Position numbers and translations under genes: made by a program
Shown here: piece after piece, positions 10,028-18,786 of the stretch
How positions within the stretch are numbered: position 1 is the stretch's first letter
Layout: every line of letters begins with the position of its first letter
Assembly (NCBI GenBank): GCA_947588355.1
Contig: CANPYI010000007.1
Span: 601 to 64,600 of the forward strand
Origin: an uncultured Clostridia bacterium
Lineage (GTDB): Bacteria > Bacillota > Clostridia > Christensenellales > UBA1242
DNA: 64,000 bases
Direction of reading: 5' to 3'
The notes under the pieces: model-generated
What the model saw: the letters and a program-made list of their open reading frames with translations, nothing else
The model's database searches: none
Told to the model about the DNA's origin: nothing

Positions 10028-10705
10028 ATGGAAGAATTTAATTGCGTAAAAAATATGCCCGGATATGGTCCATCTCCAATTCCACAAGAAGGACATTGGG
10101 ACCAAACCAAAGAAATAACACAAATTTCTGGCTTTTCGCATGGATGCGGAATGTGTGCTCCTCAACAAGGCGCTTGCAAACTGACCTTAAATGTGAAAAA
10201 TGGAATTATCAAAGAGGCACTTGTGGAAACTATTGGCTGCTCTGGAATGACTCATTCCGCAGCAATGGCGGGTGAAATTTTGATTGGAAAAACCCTTTTG
10301 GAGGCATTAAACACCGACCTTGTGTGCGATGCCATAAACGATGCCATGAAAAACATCTTTCTGCAACTTGTGTATGGCAGAAGTCAGTCAGCATTCTCTC
10401 TTGGCGGACTTCCTGTAGGCACAAGTTTGGAGGATTTAGGAAAATACAAAACAAGTCAAGTTGGCACAATTGTTTCAACCGACAAAGGCGGTGTAAAATA
10501 TCTCAACTTGGCAGAGGGCTACATCACAAAAATGGCTCTTGACAAAAATGGCGAAACGATAGGCTATGAATATGTCAACCTTGGACTTTTGCTGAAAAAT
10601 TTGCAAGACGAAAAACTTTCAAAAGCGAAAGCAATTGAAAAATCGACAAAGCGATATGGTCGTTTTGACGAAGCAGTGAAAGTTGTAAATCCACGGGAGG
10701 TGTAA
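10028..10705 (+). CDS. NifU/IscU-like scaffold-domain protein, partner of the GGGtGRT gene
   Basis: 225 aa; GCGMC...LNVKNGIIKEALVETIGCSGMTHSAAMAGE...GKTLLEAL resembles the IscU/NifU N-terminal domain; strong RBS. Confidence 0.6.
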   Translation: MEEFNCVKNMPGYGPSPIPQEGHWDQTKEITQISGFSHGCGMCAPQQGACKLTLNVKNGIIKEALVETIGCSGMTHSAAMAGEILIGKTLLEALNTDLVCDAINDAMKNIFLQLVYGRSQSAFSLGGLPVGTSLEDLGKYKTSQVGTIVSTDKGGVKYLNLAEGYITKMALDKNGETIGYEYVNLGLLLKNLQDEKLSKAKAIEKSTKRYGRFDEAVKVVNPREV

Positions 10706-10707
10706 TC

Positions 10708-11694
10708 ATGGATGAACTTAAAAAATACGAATATTTGCCAAAAAAGTTGAAAGAATATGGCTTCAAAAACATTGATGAAGCAAAAGAATTTTGCCTAAAA
10801 GCAGGCATTGATGTAGAAAAAACAGTGCGTGAAATCCAACCAATATGCTTTGACAACGCAGTTTGGGCATACACCCTTGGCACAGCGATTGCATTGAAAA
10901 GCAACTGTAAAAATGCCAGCGAATATGCCGAAAAGATTGGTGAAGGTTTGCAGGCATTTTGCGTGAAAGGCTCGGTGGCTGACGAACGTCAAATCGGGCT
11001 TGGACATGGCAGACTTGCCGGCAGGCTTTTGGACGAAAACACAAAATGTTTTTGTTTTTTGGCAGGACACGAAAGTTTTGCGGCTGCAGAAGGTGCTATG
11101 GGAATAGCAAAAACAGCAAACAAAATCAGAAAAACACCCCTCAAAATCATTTTAAACGGGCTTGGCAAAGATGCTGCCTACATCATCGCTCGCGTGAATG
11201 GTTTCACTTATGTCAACACACAATTTGACCATAAAGAACAAAAACTGAAAATTTTGCAAGAAATCCCATTTTCAAAGGGCGAACGCGGAAATGTGAAGAT
11301 TTATGGCGCTTATGACGTTTCGGAAGGCGTTGCAATTATGCAGCACGAAGGCGTTGACGTGTCAATCACAGGAAATTCCACAAATCCAACGCGTTTCCAA
11401 CACCCTGTTGCCGGAACTTACAAAAAATGGTGCTATGAGAATGGCAAAAAATACTTTTCAGTTGCCTCTGGTGGTGGAACAGGCAGAACGTTGCACCCAG
11501 ACAACATGCATGCCGGTCCAGCAAGTTATGGCATGACAGACACAATGGGCAGAATGCATTGTGACGCACAATTTGCCGGTTCATCTTCCGTTCCCGCCCA
11601 TGTTGCGATGATGGGCTTTATTGGTATGGGAAACAATCCAATGGTTGGTGCAACGGTGAGTTTGGCCGTTGCAGTTGCCATGGCAAAAAAATAA
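10708..11694 (+). CDS. GGGtGRT family protein (function unknown)
   Basis: 328 aa containing the family-defining SGGGTGRTLHPDN motif; translationally coupled to the upstream NifU-like gene. Confidence 0.8.
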   Translation: MDELKKYEYLPKKLKEYGFKNIDEAKEFCLKAGIDVEKTVREIQPICFDNAVWAYTLGTAIALKSNCKNASEYAEKIGEGLQAFCVKGSVADERQIGLGHGRLAGRLLDENTKCFCFLAGHESFAAAEGAMGIAKTANKIRKTPLKIILNGLGKDAAYIIARVNGFTYVNTQFDHKEQKLKILQEIPFSKGERGNVKIYGAYDVSEGVAIMQHEGVDVSITGNSTNPTRFQHPVAGTYKKWCYENGKKYFSVASGGGTGRTLHPDNMHAGPASYGMTDTMGRMHCDAQFAGSSSVPAHVAMMGFIGMGNNPMVGATVSLAVAVAMAKK

Positions 11695-11893
11695 AGCCCA
11701 TATGGCCGAGTGAAACGAGGACATATGACAAACATTTGGTATGGGGAACAATCCAATGGTTGGTGCAACAGTAAGCCTTGCGGTCGCAGTGAGTTTGGCG
11801 AAAAAGTGAATAAAGCCCATATGGCCGAAACGAAGTGAGAAACAATCTTGCAACGGTTTCACTTGCCGTTGCGGTTGCTATGGCAAAAAGTGA
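11623..11893 (+). repeat. Three tandem copies of the 3'-terminal coding segment of the GGGtGRT gene (in-gene copy plus two orphan copies)
   Basis: Units start at 11623, 11738 and about 11837. Each encodes (GMGNNPMVG)ATVSLAVAV(A/S)(M/L)AKK; the first two are followed by stop + AAGCCCATATGGCCGA, while copy 3 lacks that 16-mer and has lost its stop through a 1-nt A-run deletion. Confidence 0.9.
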
Positions 11894-11912
11894 ACGAAAT
11901 TTGACTTATAAA

Positions 11913-11946
11913 ACAAAAAAAAAGCGAGATTTTCGCTCCTTTTTTA
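11913..11946. terminator. Bidirectional terminator between the GGGtGRT locus and the thyX-like gene
   Basis: AGCGA-gattt-TCGCT hairpin flanked by A9 and T-runs. Confidence 0.55.
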
Positions 11947-13062
11947 TATCAATCTTTCACCGGTCACGCCCTCTTTAAAACCGCATGGATGCTCGCATTT
12001 GTAGTCTGGAAATGTGCAACGTGACCCATGTGTGTAAGGCTCCAATTCCTTTGCTGCAGGATGATTTTGTGCCTTCAAGGCTTCAAGCATTTTCTTTTCA
12101 GTGGCAACCGTTTGTCTGTTTATTTCAAGTTGAGCCATAGTGCATTTTCTTTCTTTTGTCTTTAAGATAAAGTTTTCAAGTGTGCCGCGCTCGTTTATCT
12201 TGACAAGCATTCCTTGTGGAAAATTGTCCGCAAGTTTTTCGCAGTCGCTCTTCCATTCCTTAACCAAATTTGGATATTTTTCAAGGATTGGTGGCACAAA
12301 AAATTGAGGTTTTTCAAGCATTTCCATTGAATAATCTATGGTCCTGTGGCGGTGTGCTTGTGCAAGCTCGGCAAATGAACCCAAATAAGATGTGCAATAT
12401 GTATCTCCAAATTGTTCAATCATAGGTCTGCCGCGATGAATGAGTGACAAATTTCTGTTTTTTCTGTTGTCGGCAAGTTCTGTGTCGTAATAGCCAAGTT
12501 TTTTGAGATCTGCATTAAGTTCTTGCAAATTTTCCGCCAATTTAAGTGCAAATGGCGTGTTTTCGCTTCTCAAAACACTCACTTCTTTGTCCAAAAGTCC
12601 ATGCAAAACATTAAGTTGTCCGTATGGCAAGGAATATATCATTGAAGTTGGTGTGAAAACAGAGGTCAAATATCTGGCATTTTCTTGAGCCAATTTTGTG
12701 ATTTTGACATCATTGAAAAATTCTGGACATTTGTCCTTATATTCTTTTTCAATAAGGTCTTTAAAAATTTCCAACCATTTGTCATAATAAACTTGCTCGT
12801 TTTCCGGCAATGCCATACGTTTGTATCTTGCAGATTTTTCGCTTGTGGTGTAAAATTTTTCATTATTGAGCGCCATTGCCACAATTTTTGGAATGTTGTC
12901 AAGTTGTATTGTCAACTGCGGATGGCCAAATGGACTGTGATGCCCGCTTTGCTTGATGCTGCCCTCACGACGAATAGTCTTTTCTTCTGGCTCATCAAAA
13001 AGGGTTTCTATCGTGTCTGGCAAATAGCAAACACCAGCAGTAAGCCCTCCTATTTTGTCCAT
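11944..13062 (-). CDS. ThyX-like flavin-dependent thymidylate synthase family protein (long, rearranged form; 5' end probably extends to 13120 across a frameshift)
   Basis: SGHHSPFGHP, SEKSARY, AHRHRTIDYS and AQLEI resemble ThyX motifs in unusual order; a strong RBS+ATG at 13120 lies out of frame by 1 nt. Confidence 0.55.
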   Translation of the reverse strand: MDKIGGLTAGVCYLPDTIETLFDEPEEKTIRREGSIKQSGHHSPFGHPQLTIQLDNIPKIVAMALNNEKFYTTSEKSARYKRMALPENEQVYYDKWLEIFKDLIEKEYKDKCPEFFNDVKITKLAQENARYLTSVFTPTSMIYSLPYGQLNVLHGLLDKEVSVLRSENTPFALKLAENLQELNADLKKLGYYDTELADNRKNRNLSLIHRGRPMIEQFGDTYCTSYLGSFAELAQAHRHRTIDYSMEMLEKPQFFVPPILEKYPNLVKEWKSDCEKLADNFPQGMLVKINERGTLENFILKTKERKCTMAQLEINRQTVATEKKMLEALKAQNHPAAKELEPYTHGSRCTFPDYKCEHPCGFKEGVTGERLI

Positions 13063-13261
13063 TTCTTGCTTAGGTGCAACATATCCTAATTTTGAAGATG
13101 CAACTATTTTTTGCTTCCATAAAATTCTCCTTTCTGGAAAATTGTATCATAATCATTACCAAAAAGTCAACGCCAAATTTTATGTTTTTGTACGATTATT
13201 TTTTTTATTTTTGCACACAATAAAATAAGAAAGTGGGCACACTTTCAAAAAGGAGGAAAAA

Positions 13262-13456
13262 ATGCAAAATCAACAAAAATATCGTTCTGGTGACGTTGTG
13301 CCAATGAGTTGCAGATACAAAGCATATGACCAAAACGGCGAAAGCAGAGATGACGAGACAACCTATCTTGAAAAAGGAAACAGATTTCCACCAACACAAC
13401 ACGAAGGCTCTTACTGGGTTATGGATATGACCAAAAAGAATGTAAGAAACAAATAA
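13262..13456 (+). CDS. YjzC-like small protein
   Basis: 64 aa; pattern YRSGDVVP...YLEKGNRFPPT...W resembles the YjzC family; AGGAGG RBS. Confidence 0.55.
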   Translation: MQNQQKYRSGDVVPMSCRYKAYDQNGESRDDETTYLEKGNRFPPTQHEGSYWVMDMTKKNVRNK

Positions 13457-13469
13457 ATAAAAATAAAAG

Positions 13470-13499
13470 CAAAAAAGAGCGGAAGACACGCTCTTTTTT
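13470..13499. terminator. Bidirectional terminator
   Basis: AGAGCG-gaagaca-CGCTCT hairpin with flanking A and T runs between convergent genes. Confidence 0.7.
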
Positions 13500-14334
13500 A
13501 TTTCTTTTTATCGTAAAGTTGATTGAAATCATACTCCTCATCTTGATATTTCACACCAACAAGTGTGTCCAATTGGACGTTGTGAATACTTTTGAAAATA
13601 TGGTCCTCCACTTCCGGAATTTGGCCTTTCAAAGTTTTGATAAGTTCTCGCGTTTGAACTCTTGCACTTTCGTCCGGCTCAGTTTGACAGTTTTCCGTGA
13701 AACGACACGCACAATTCAAAAACTGCAACTTGTTGTAATTTTGCCAAGCCACAATATCGTCCAAATGCACACAATAAAGCGGCCTAATGAGTGTCATTCC
13801 GTCAAAATTCTTGGATTTGAGTTTTGGCGGCATGGCCTGAATCTGCGCTCCGTACAACATTCCCATAAGTGTGGTTTCAATAACATCTGAAAAATGATGT
13901 GCCAAAGCAATTTTGTTGCAACCACGTTTTTGAGCCTCACTGTAAAGATATCCCCTCCTCATTCTGGCACAAAGATAACATGGATTTTTTTGAACATTTA
14001 CAACACTGTCAAAGATATCTGTTTCAAAAATTTGCAGCGGAATTTCCAGAAGTTTGGCATTTTCTTCCACTTTTTTGCGATTTTCAGCCGAATATCCCGG
14101 GTCCATGCACAAAAACACAAGTTCAAACTTTGTGTCGCTGTACCTTTGAAGCATCTGCATAAGTTTGGCAAGCAAAAAACTGTCCTTGCCACCAGAAACA
14201 CAAACGGCAATCTTGTCACCGTCTTCCACCAGATTATATCTTTTGAGTGCAAGAATAAACTTTGTCCAAATTTGTTTACGATATTTTTTCATCAGACTTC
14301 TTTCAATATTTTGCACACGCGAAAGTTCTTTCAT
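13498..14334 (-). CDS. TtcA-family PP-loop tRNA thiolation ATPase
   Basis: VCVSGGKDS PP-loop and TtcA-like layout; start uncertain (ATGs at 14346, 14334, 14292). Confidence 0.75.
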   Translation of the reverse strand: MKELSRVQNIERSLMKKYRKQIWTKFILALKRYNLVEDGDKIAVCVSGGKDSFLLAKLMQMLQRYSDTKFELVFLCMDPGYSAENRKKVEENAKLLEIPLQIFETDIFDSVVNVQKNPCYLCARMRRGYLYSEAQKRGCNKIALAHHFSDVIETTLMGMLYGAQIQAMPPKLKSKNFDGMTLIRPLYCVHLDDIVAWQNYNKLQFLNCACRFTENCQTEPDESARVQTRELIKTLKGQIPEVEDHIFKSIHNVQLDTLVGVKYQDEEYDFNQLYDKKK

Positions 14335-14475
14335 ATAAGTTATCATAACACAATTCAACAAAAAAGAAAACAAAAACAACCTATTGACAATCACCAAAAA
14401 ATGTGATAGATAATAGACTTACCATAGTTTTTTATTTTTTTTAGATTTGTGCACAAAATAAAAACATGAAAAAGA

Positions 14476-14504
14476 AAAAAAAGAAAAAGTCCACTTTCGT
14501 GGAC
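14476..14504 (-). terminator. Terminator downstream of degV
   Basis: GTCCAC-gaaa-GTGGAC followed by a T-run on the minus strand. Confidence 0.65.
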
Positions 14505-14591
14505 AAAAATGACCCATTGGGTGCTTATACTGGCACTCCAATTGATGGGCAAACACCCGTTCAAGATGCAGACGACCTGTGAAAAAGTTTT

Positions 14592-15443
14592 TCAGTCAAC
14601 CTTTGCGCCGTCGTTGATATACAAAATTCCAAGTGTGTGCTCTCCGCAATGGCTGGCAATTGTTCCGCCTGCACGTGTTTCCAAAATCGTTCTGAATCCT
14701 CGATTTTGCAAAGCGCGTTTTGCCGCCTCAACCATCTCTGGTGTGGCAGTGGTATATGTGACAAAGGCAAGGTCAAGGTCAGGAGTGTTAAATTCGTTCA
14801 AAGTGTCAGTGCAATAGTTTTCCACAACTTTGCCAATATTTCCGCGATATTTTTTGTAACTTCCCATTTTACCGTCTTTGACCAAAATTTGTGGACGAAT
14901 ATGCATCAAGTTTGCACCAAAGTAAGCAAGAGCACTGCACCTGCCACCCTTGTAAAGATAGTCCAATCTTTCGATGACAAAACTTGCCTGAACATTTGGC
15001 ACACGCCTTTGCACCCTTTTTGCTATTTCCTCTGCCGTAAGGCCATTGTCAGCAAGATTGCGTGCGTAAATTGCCAAAAGTGCGATGCCGGTTGAAAGCG
15101 ACATGCTGTCCACGACATAAACATTCTCAAGTTCCGCTGCTGCGTCTTTTGCGTGCTGACAAGCAGAAGAAATTTGCGAGGAAAGACTGATATGCACAAC
15201 GGCATCAAAACTTTTCAGTTGTTCCTTAAAAAACTGCAAATACTGCTCTTTGTTTATCGCAGAAGTTTTTGGCAAGACCTTGTTTTGCTCAACAAACTTG
15301 AATATATCTTCCGAAGTGACTTGTCCGTCAAAATATTCCTTATCACCCAAAATGACCATAAACGGAATTGTGTTTATGTTGTATTCTTCCAAAATTTGCT
15401 TTGGCAAATCGATTGTTGTTTCGGCAGTGACGGCAATTTTCAT
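14592..15443 (-). CDS. DegV family fatty-acid-binding protein
   Basis: 283 aa; MKIAVTAETT..DLP N-terminus and overall DegV-like sequence. Confidence 0.85.
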   Translation of the reverse strand: MKIAVTAETTIDLPKQILEEYNINTIPFMVILGDKEYFDGQVTSEDIFKFVEQNKVLPKTSAINKEQYLQFFKEQLKSFDAVVHISLSSQISSACQHAKDAAAELENVYVVDSMSLSTGIALLAIYARNLADNGLTAEEIAKRVQRRVPNVQASFVIERLDYLYKGGRCSALAYFGANLMHIRPQILVKDGKMGSYKKYRGNIGKVVENYCTDTLNEFNTPDLDLAFVTYTTATPEMVEAAKRALQNRGFRTILETRAGGTIASHCGEHTLGILYINDGAKVD

Positions 15444-15544
15444 AAAAACCTTCCTTAAAAAATATTTTCAAGCAAAATTATATCACAAAAACAAAAAGTA
15501 TCCAAAACTTTGCATAAAAAAACGCTCAAAAACGAGCGAATTTT

Positions 15545-16327
15545 TTATTTTTTGTTTCTTTCCAAAATTCTGGCAACAAATTTGAGAACTGTCCAAATTA
15601 TATACAAAAGTTCCGATATGAATTGCAGCCAATAATCTGTCAAATAAGTTTTGTAAAGATGTTTTGCGTCTTCAATTTCTTCTTCGGTCAACAAATTGAT
15701 TTTTTGCATATATTCAACAGCGGTTTTGCAAGCACGTTTTTCAATTTTTATATTCAAGATAACGACAATAAATGATGAAAGATAGTAAAGCAAAGCGACA
15801 GCAGCAAAAACAAATGAAAAGATATTTAATTGTTGCCAAATAACATAGTCAAGCAAAAAGCCAATGACAATAAGAGGCAACACTGCAAAAGGAGCAAAGT
15901 AACCCATTGCCATAAAAGTGGCGCGCGCACCGATTTTTTTGTCACCTTCGTGATGGCGTTGTGCAATAGCAACTTTTTGCGCTGCCAAAGCAACTGCGGT
16001 CAAACTTGCTGTGTTGTAAATATTTTTGCGCAAACGAATGGTCTTTTTTCTTGGGCTGTAAGAGTTTCCAAAAATCATTGACCTAAACCAACCGATTTGC
16101 TCCACTTTGACATCTGTAAGACCCAAGCCTTCCAGCATCTTTTCGGCAACTTGTCTGCCTGTCATGTTGACAGCAACTTTTTGCTTGTTGTATCTGCGAT
16201 AGCGAAAAGCAAGAACCCATTTCCAGATTGCTGCAATCAAGGAAAATGTTAAAAATATCAAAGCAATGCCAATTGCGATGAAAGCCCAAATACTCAGTTG
16301 TGTAAAAATTCCCTCTATTGTGTTCAT
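15545..16327 (-). CDS. YugP-like membrane 'zinc metallopeptidase' homologue lacking the HExxH motif
   Basis: MTGRQVAEKML..VKVEQI...YSPRKKTIRLRKNIY aligns to the YugP family, but the AAHExGHAxQ site reads AAQKVAIAQ. Confidence 0.7.
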   Translation of the reverse strand: MNTIEGIFTQLSIWAFIAIGIALIFLTFSLIAAIWKWVLAFRYRRYNKQKVAVNMTGRQVAEKMLEGLGLTDVKVEQIGWFRSMIFGNSYSPRKKTIRLRKNIYNTASLTAVALAAQKVAIAQRHHEGDKKIGARATFMAMGYFAPFAVLPLIVIGFLLDYVIWQQLNIFSFVFAAVALLYYLSSFIVVILNIKIEKRACKTAVEYMQKINLLTEEEIEDAKHLYKTYLTDYWLQFISELLYIIWTVLKFVARILERNKK

Positions 16328-16396
16328 ATTCCTCTCCTTTTTTTTGAAAATATCTTAACATAAATATTACTTTTTTCAAAACAAATTTTAAATAAA

Positions 16397-17158
16397 TTAC
16401 TTTTTGAGTTTTGAAAAGTCAACACCGGTGTTTTGCTGCTCTGTATTTTCAACAGGAGGCTCTTCAAGTTTTTCCTTTTTTTGAACATTGTTGATTCCGT
16501 TTAAATTGTCAAAATTTGGGCCATGATAAGTTTCGCTATATTCTTCCATTTTCGCCGTCTGATATTTTTTGAGACGTTTTTTCGTCAAAACAACATCCAC
16601 TATTTTGAAAATAAACCCCAGCACCAACAGACAGGACAAAACAATGCAAACCAAATTGCTTGCTTCCCCGCTTGTTATCGAAGCAAATATAATCACAAAA
16701 ACAAGCAAAAGCATGTCAAAAACAGCTGTGGCAATGATAAGGCCATTGTTGTTTTTTCGGTCACTCTTGAATGAGGAGACAATGGTTGAAATCCCGCCGA
16801 TCAAAAACAAGATTGCTGTGACCGCCATAATCGCAATCATCAGAATGAGAAACGGCCACATTATGACTCCAAACAAAAAACCTTCAAGGTTGTTGTGCGA
16901 GACAAAATCAATAAATGAAACATAAATATAAAGACCCATCCCGATAACTGCTGCAAAAAGGACAAGGTCAAAAATGCCGGAGAAAAACGCAAATGGTTTG
17001 AGCCCATGTTTTGCCTTCACTTTTTTCTTTGGCTGCTCTTGTGCATGCTCCGAAGCGGTGTCATTAACCTCCACCTGAGGGTCATTTGCCACCAAATCAG
17101 TTTTTGTTTTGTTCTTTTTTCTTTTGTCAATGACAGGAGAAAATTCTTCGTTATCCAC
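16397..17158 (-). CDS. Hypothetical multi-pass membrane protein
   Basis: Lys/Glu-rich N- and C-termini around about 4 hydrophobic helices; GTG start 5 nt after AAGGAG preferred over the ORF-track ATG. Confidence 0.6.
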   Translation of the reverse strand: MDNEEFSPVIDKRKKNKTKTDLVANDPQVEVNDTASEHAQEQPKKKVKAKHGLKPFAFFSGIFDLVLFAAVIGMGLYIYVSFIDFVSHNNLEGFLFGVIMWPFLILMIAIMAVTAILFLIGGISTIVSSFKSDRKNNNGLIIATAVFDMLLLVFVIIFASITSGEASNLVCIVLSCLLVLGFIFKIVDVVLTKKRLKKYQTAKMEEYSETYHGPNFDNLNGINNVQKKEKLEEPPVENTEQQNTGVDFSKLKK

Positions 17159-17268
17159 CTTCACTCCTTTACAACTTGTTTTAAATATATCATATTTTAT
17201 TAAATTTCCAAACAAAAAACGCTTTATACAAAAAAAACTTCCTGTCAAAACAGAAAGTTTTTACACTG

Positions 17269-18600
17269 TTATTTTGTCACCGTCAAGCGATAGCAAGTTG
17301 GAGAATTTTCGTCAACGCGCACTTTTTCACTGACCTCCACACCGGCAATCACATACACCTCGTTTCCGCTTGCAAGCACCGGAATGTAGTCCCTAACGCG
17401 CACCGGGATTTTTCGGTCAATCAAAAACGACTTTAATTTTTTTGTTCCGCCGCCAAACTTTTCAAAAACATCGCCGTCTTCACGATAACGCCATTTTGCA
17501 TCTTTTGGCAATTTTCTTTGGTCAAAATAAAGAGCATTTTCTTCGCGCGGCCTTTTGGTGCTCACACGATTTATTGTCACTTTGCCAAAACCTTTTGCTT
17601 CAAATTCGCCAATTTCCAAAGATTTTGAAAGTGTTGGCTTTTCAACGTAATTGTTGACAAAAGTCAAGAAATCATATTCTTTGCTAACTGTCACATCAAA
17701 AGGCAATTTTATTTTTTTGCCATTCTCTGCAAAAGCAAGTTCTTTAATCATTTCAATATGCACGCGCTCAATATCTTTTTTAACGCCAATCAATGAAAAC
17801 ACTTGAAACAAAATCCTGCTGTAAATGGCACTACTCAAATTGAAGTAACTGCACGGCATCTGCACAACTTTGTCATCAACAATAAGCGAATTTGTGTCCA
17901 AACGCGACTTGATATAGTCGTCGTCCTCACACACTGCTTTGGCAAAATTGTTGATTGCTTCGATGGCATTTGGCCATTTTTTCAGCACTTCTTTCATGAC
18001 AACATTTCGGATAAAGTTGCGAGAATAAGAACTGTCCTTGTTGCTGGAGTCCTCCACAAAATCAATGTTGTTTAAAGATGCATAATTTTCAATTTCCTCT
18101 TTTGAAACAGGCAACATAGGTCGAATATAAATATTGTCCCGAATAGGCTCCATTCCCCTCGCGCCAGAAAGTCCGCTTCCACGGAAAATGTGCATCAAGA
18201 TTGTTTCGGCCTGATCGCTTTGATGATGCGCCAAAGCAATTTTGTCCACGATATCCTTTCGCACCAAGGCATCAAACACGCCATATCTTCCGTCACGTGC
18301 CGCCGTTTCAAGCGAAACATGACGCTCTTTGGCAAGTTTTGGAGCGTCTATACTGAACTTGTAAACATGCACGCCCATTTCTTTGCATTTTTGCACAACA
18401 AAACGCGCCTCATCATCACTCTCTTCCCTTATGCCGTGATTGATATGAATTGCCACCACGTCGATGTCAAGCACCTGCTTGTTGGCATTCAAAAAATGAA
18501 GCAAACACATACTGTCAATGCCACCGCTCACACCAACACCCACAACTTCGCCCGGCTTTATCAATTTTTTTTCTTTAACAAAATCCAATATCTTTTCCAT
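17269..18600 (-). CDS. tilS: tRNA(Ile)-lysidine synthase
   Basis: GVGVSGGIDS PP-loop, TilS-like length and C-terminal domain; start at MEKILDF behind GAGGAAA. Confidence 0.9.
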   Translation of the reverse strand: MEKILDFVKEKKLIKPGEVVGVGVSGGIDSMCLLHFLNANKQVLDIDVVAIHINHGIREESDDEARFVVQKCKEMGVHVYKFSIDAPKLAKERHVSLETAARDGRYGVFDALVRKDIVDKIALAHHQSDQAETILMHIFRGSGLSGARGMEPIRDNIYIRPMLPVSKEEIENYASLNNIDFVEDSSNKDSSYSRNFIRNVVMKEVLKKWPNAIEAINNFAKAVCEDDDYIKSRLDTNSLIVDDKVVQMPCSYFNLSSAIYSRILFQVFSLIGVKKDIERVHIEMIKELAFAENGKKIKLPFDVTVSKEYDFLTFVNNYVEKPTLSKSLEIGEFEAKGFGKVTINRVSTKRPREENALYFDQRKLPKDAKWRYREDGDVFEKFGGGTKKLKSFLIDRKIPVRVRDYIPVLASGNEVYVIAGVEVSEKVRVDENSPTCYRLTVTK

Positions 18601-18786
18601 TGCTTTCCTCAAAATTTCAATAAAAATTATACAACAATTTGCACACAAAAACAATACTATTTTCAAAAAAATAGCAAAAAATCAACTTTTTTGCTTGATT
18701 TTAAGCACTTTTTTCAAAAAAAATCGCAAAACATCTTGACAAATTTTTTTTAAGTGATAAAATTACCCTAGAAATAGGGGGATAAT

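Noticed and set aside
11526-11862. Three overlapping minus-strand ORFs (80, 93 and 75 aa) across the end of the GGGtGRT gene and its downstream repeats.
   Set aside because: They are reverse-strand readings of the tandem repeat units, which is why they resemble each other (…TVAPTIGLFPIP…). They have no RBS, and the plus-strand reading reproduces the real gene's C-terminus.
14466-14817. Plus-strand ORF beginning MKKKKKKKSPLSW... downstream of degV and running antisense into it.
   Set aside because: It starts inside the A-rich flank and hairpin of the degV terminator and is otherwise antisense to degV, so no coding signal is evident.
16083-16379. 98-aa minus-strand ORF overlapping the start of the YugP-like gene in another frame.
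   Set aside because: The YugP-like frame has family similarity and a strong RBS at 16327. The alternative frame has neither.
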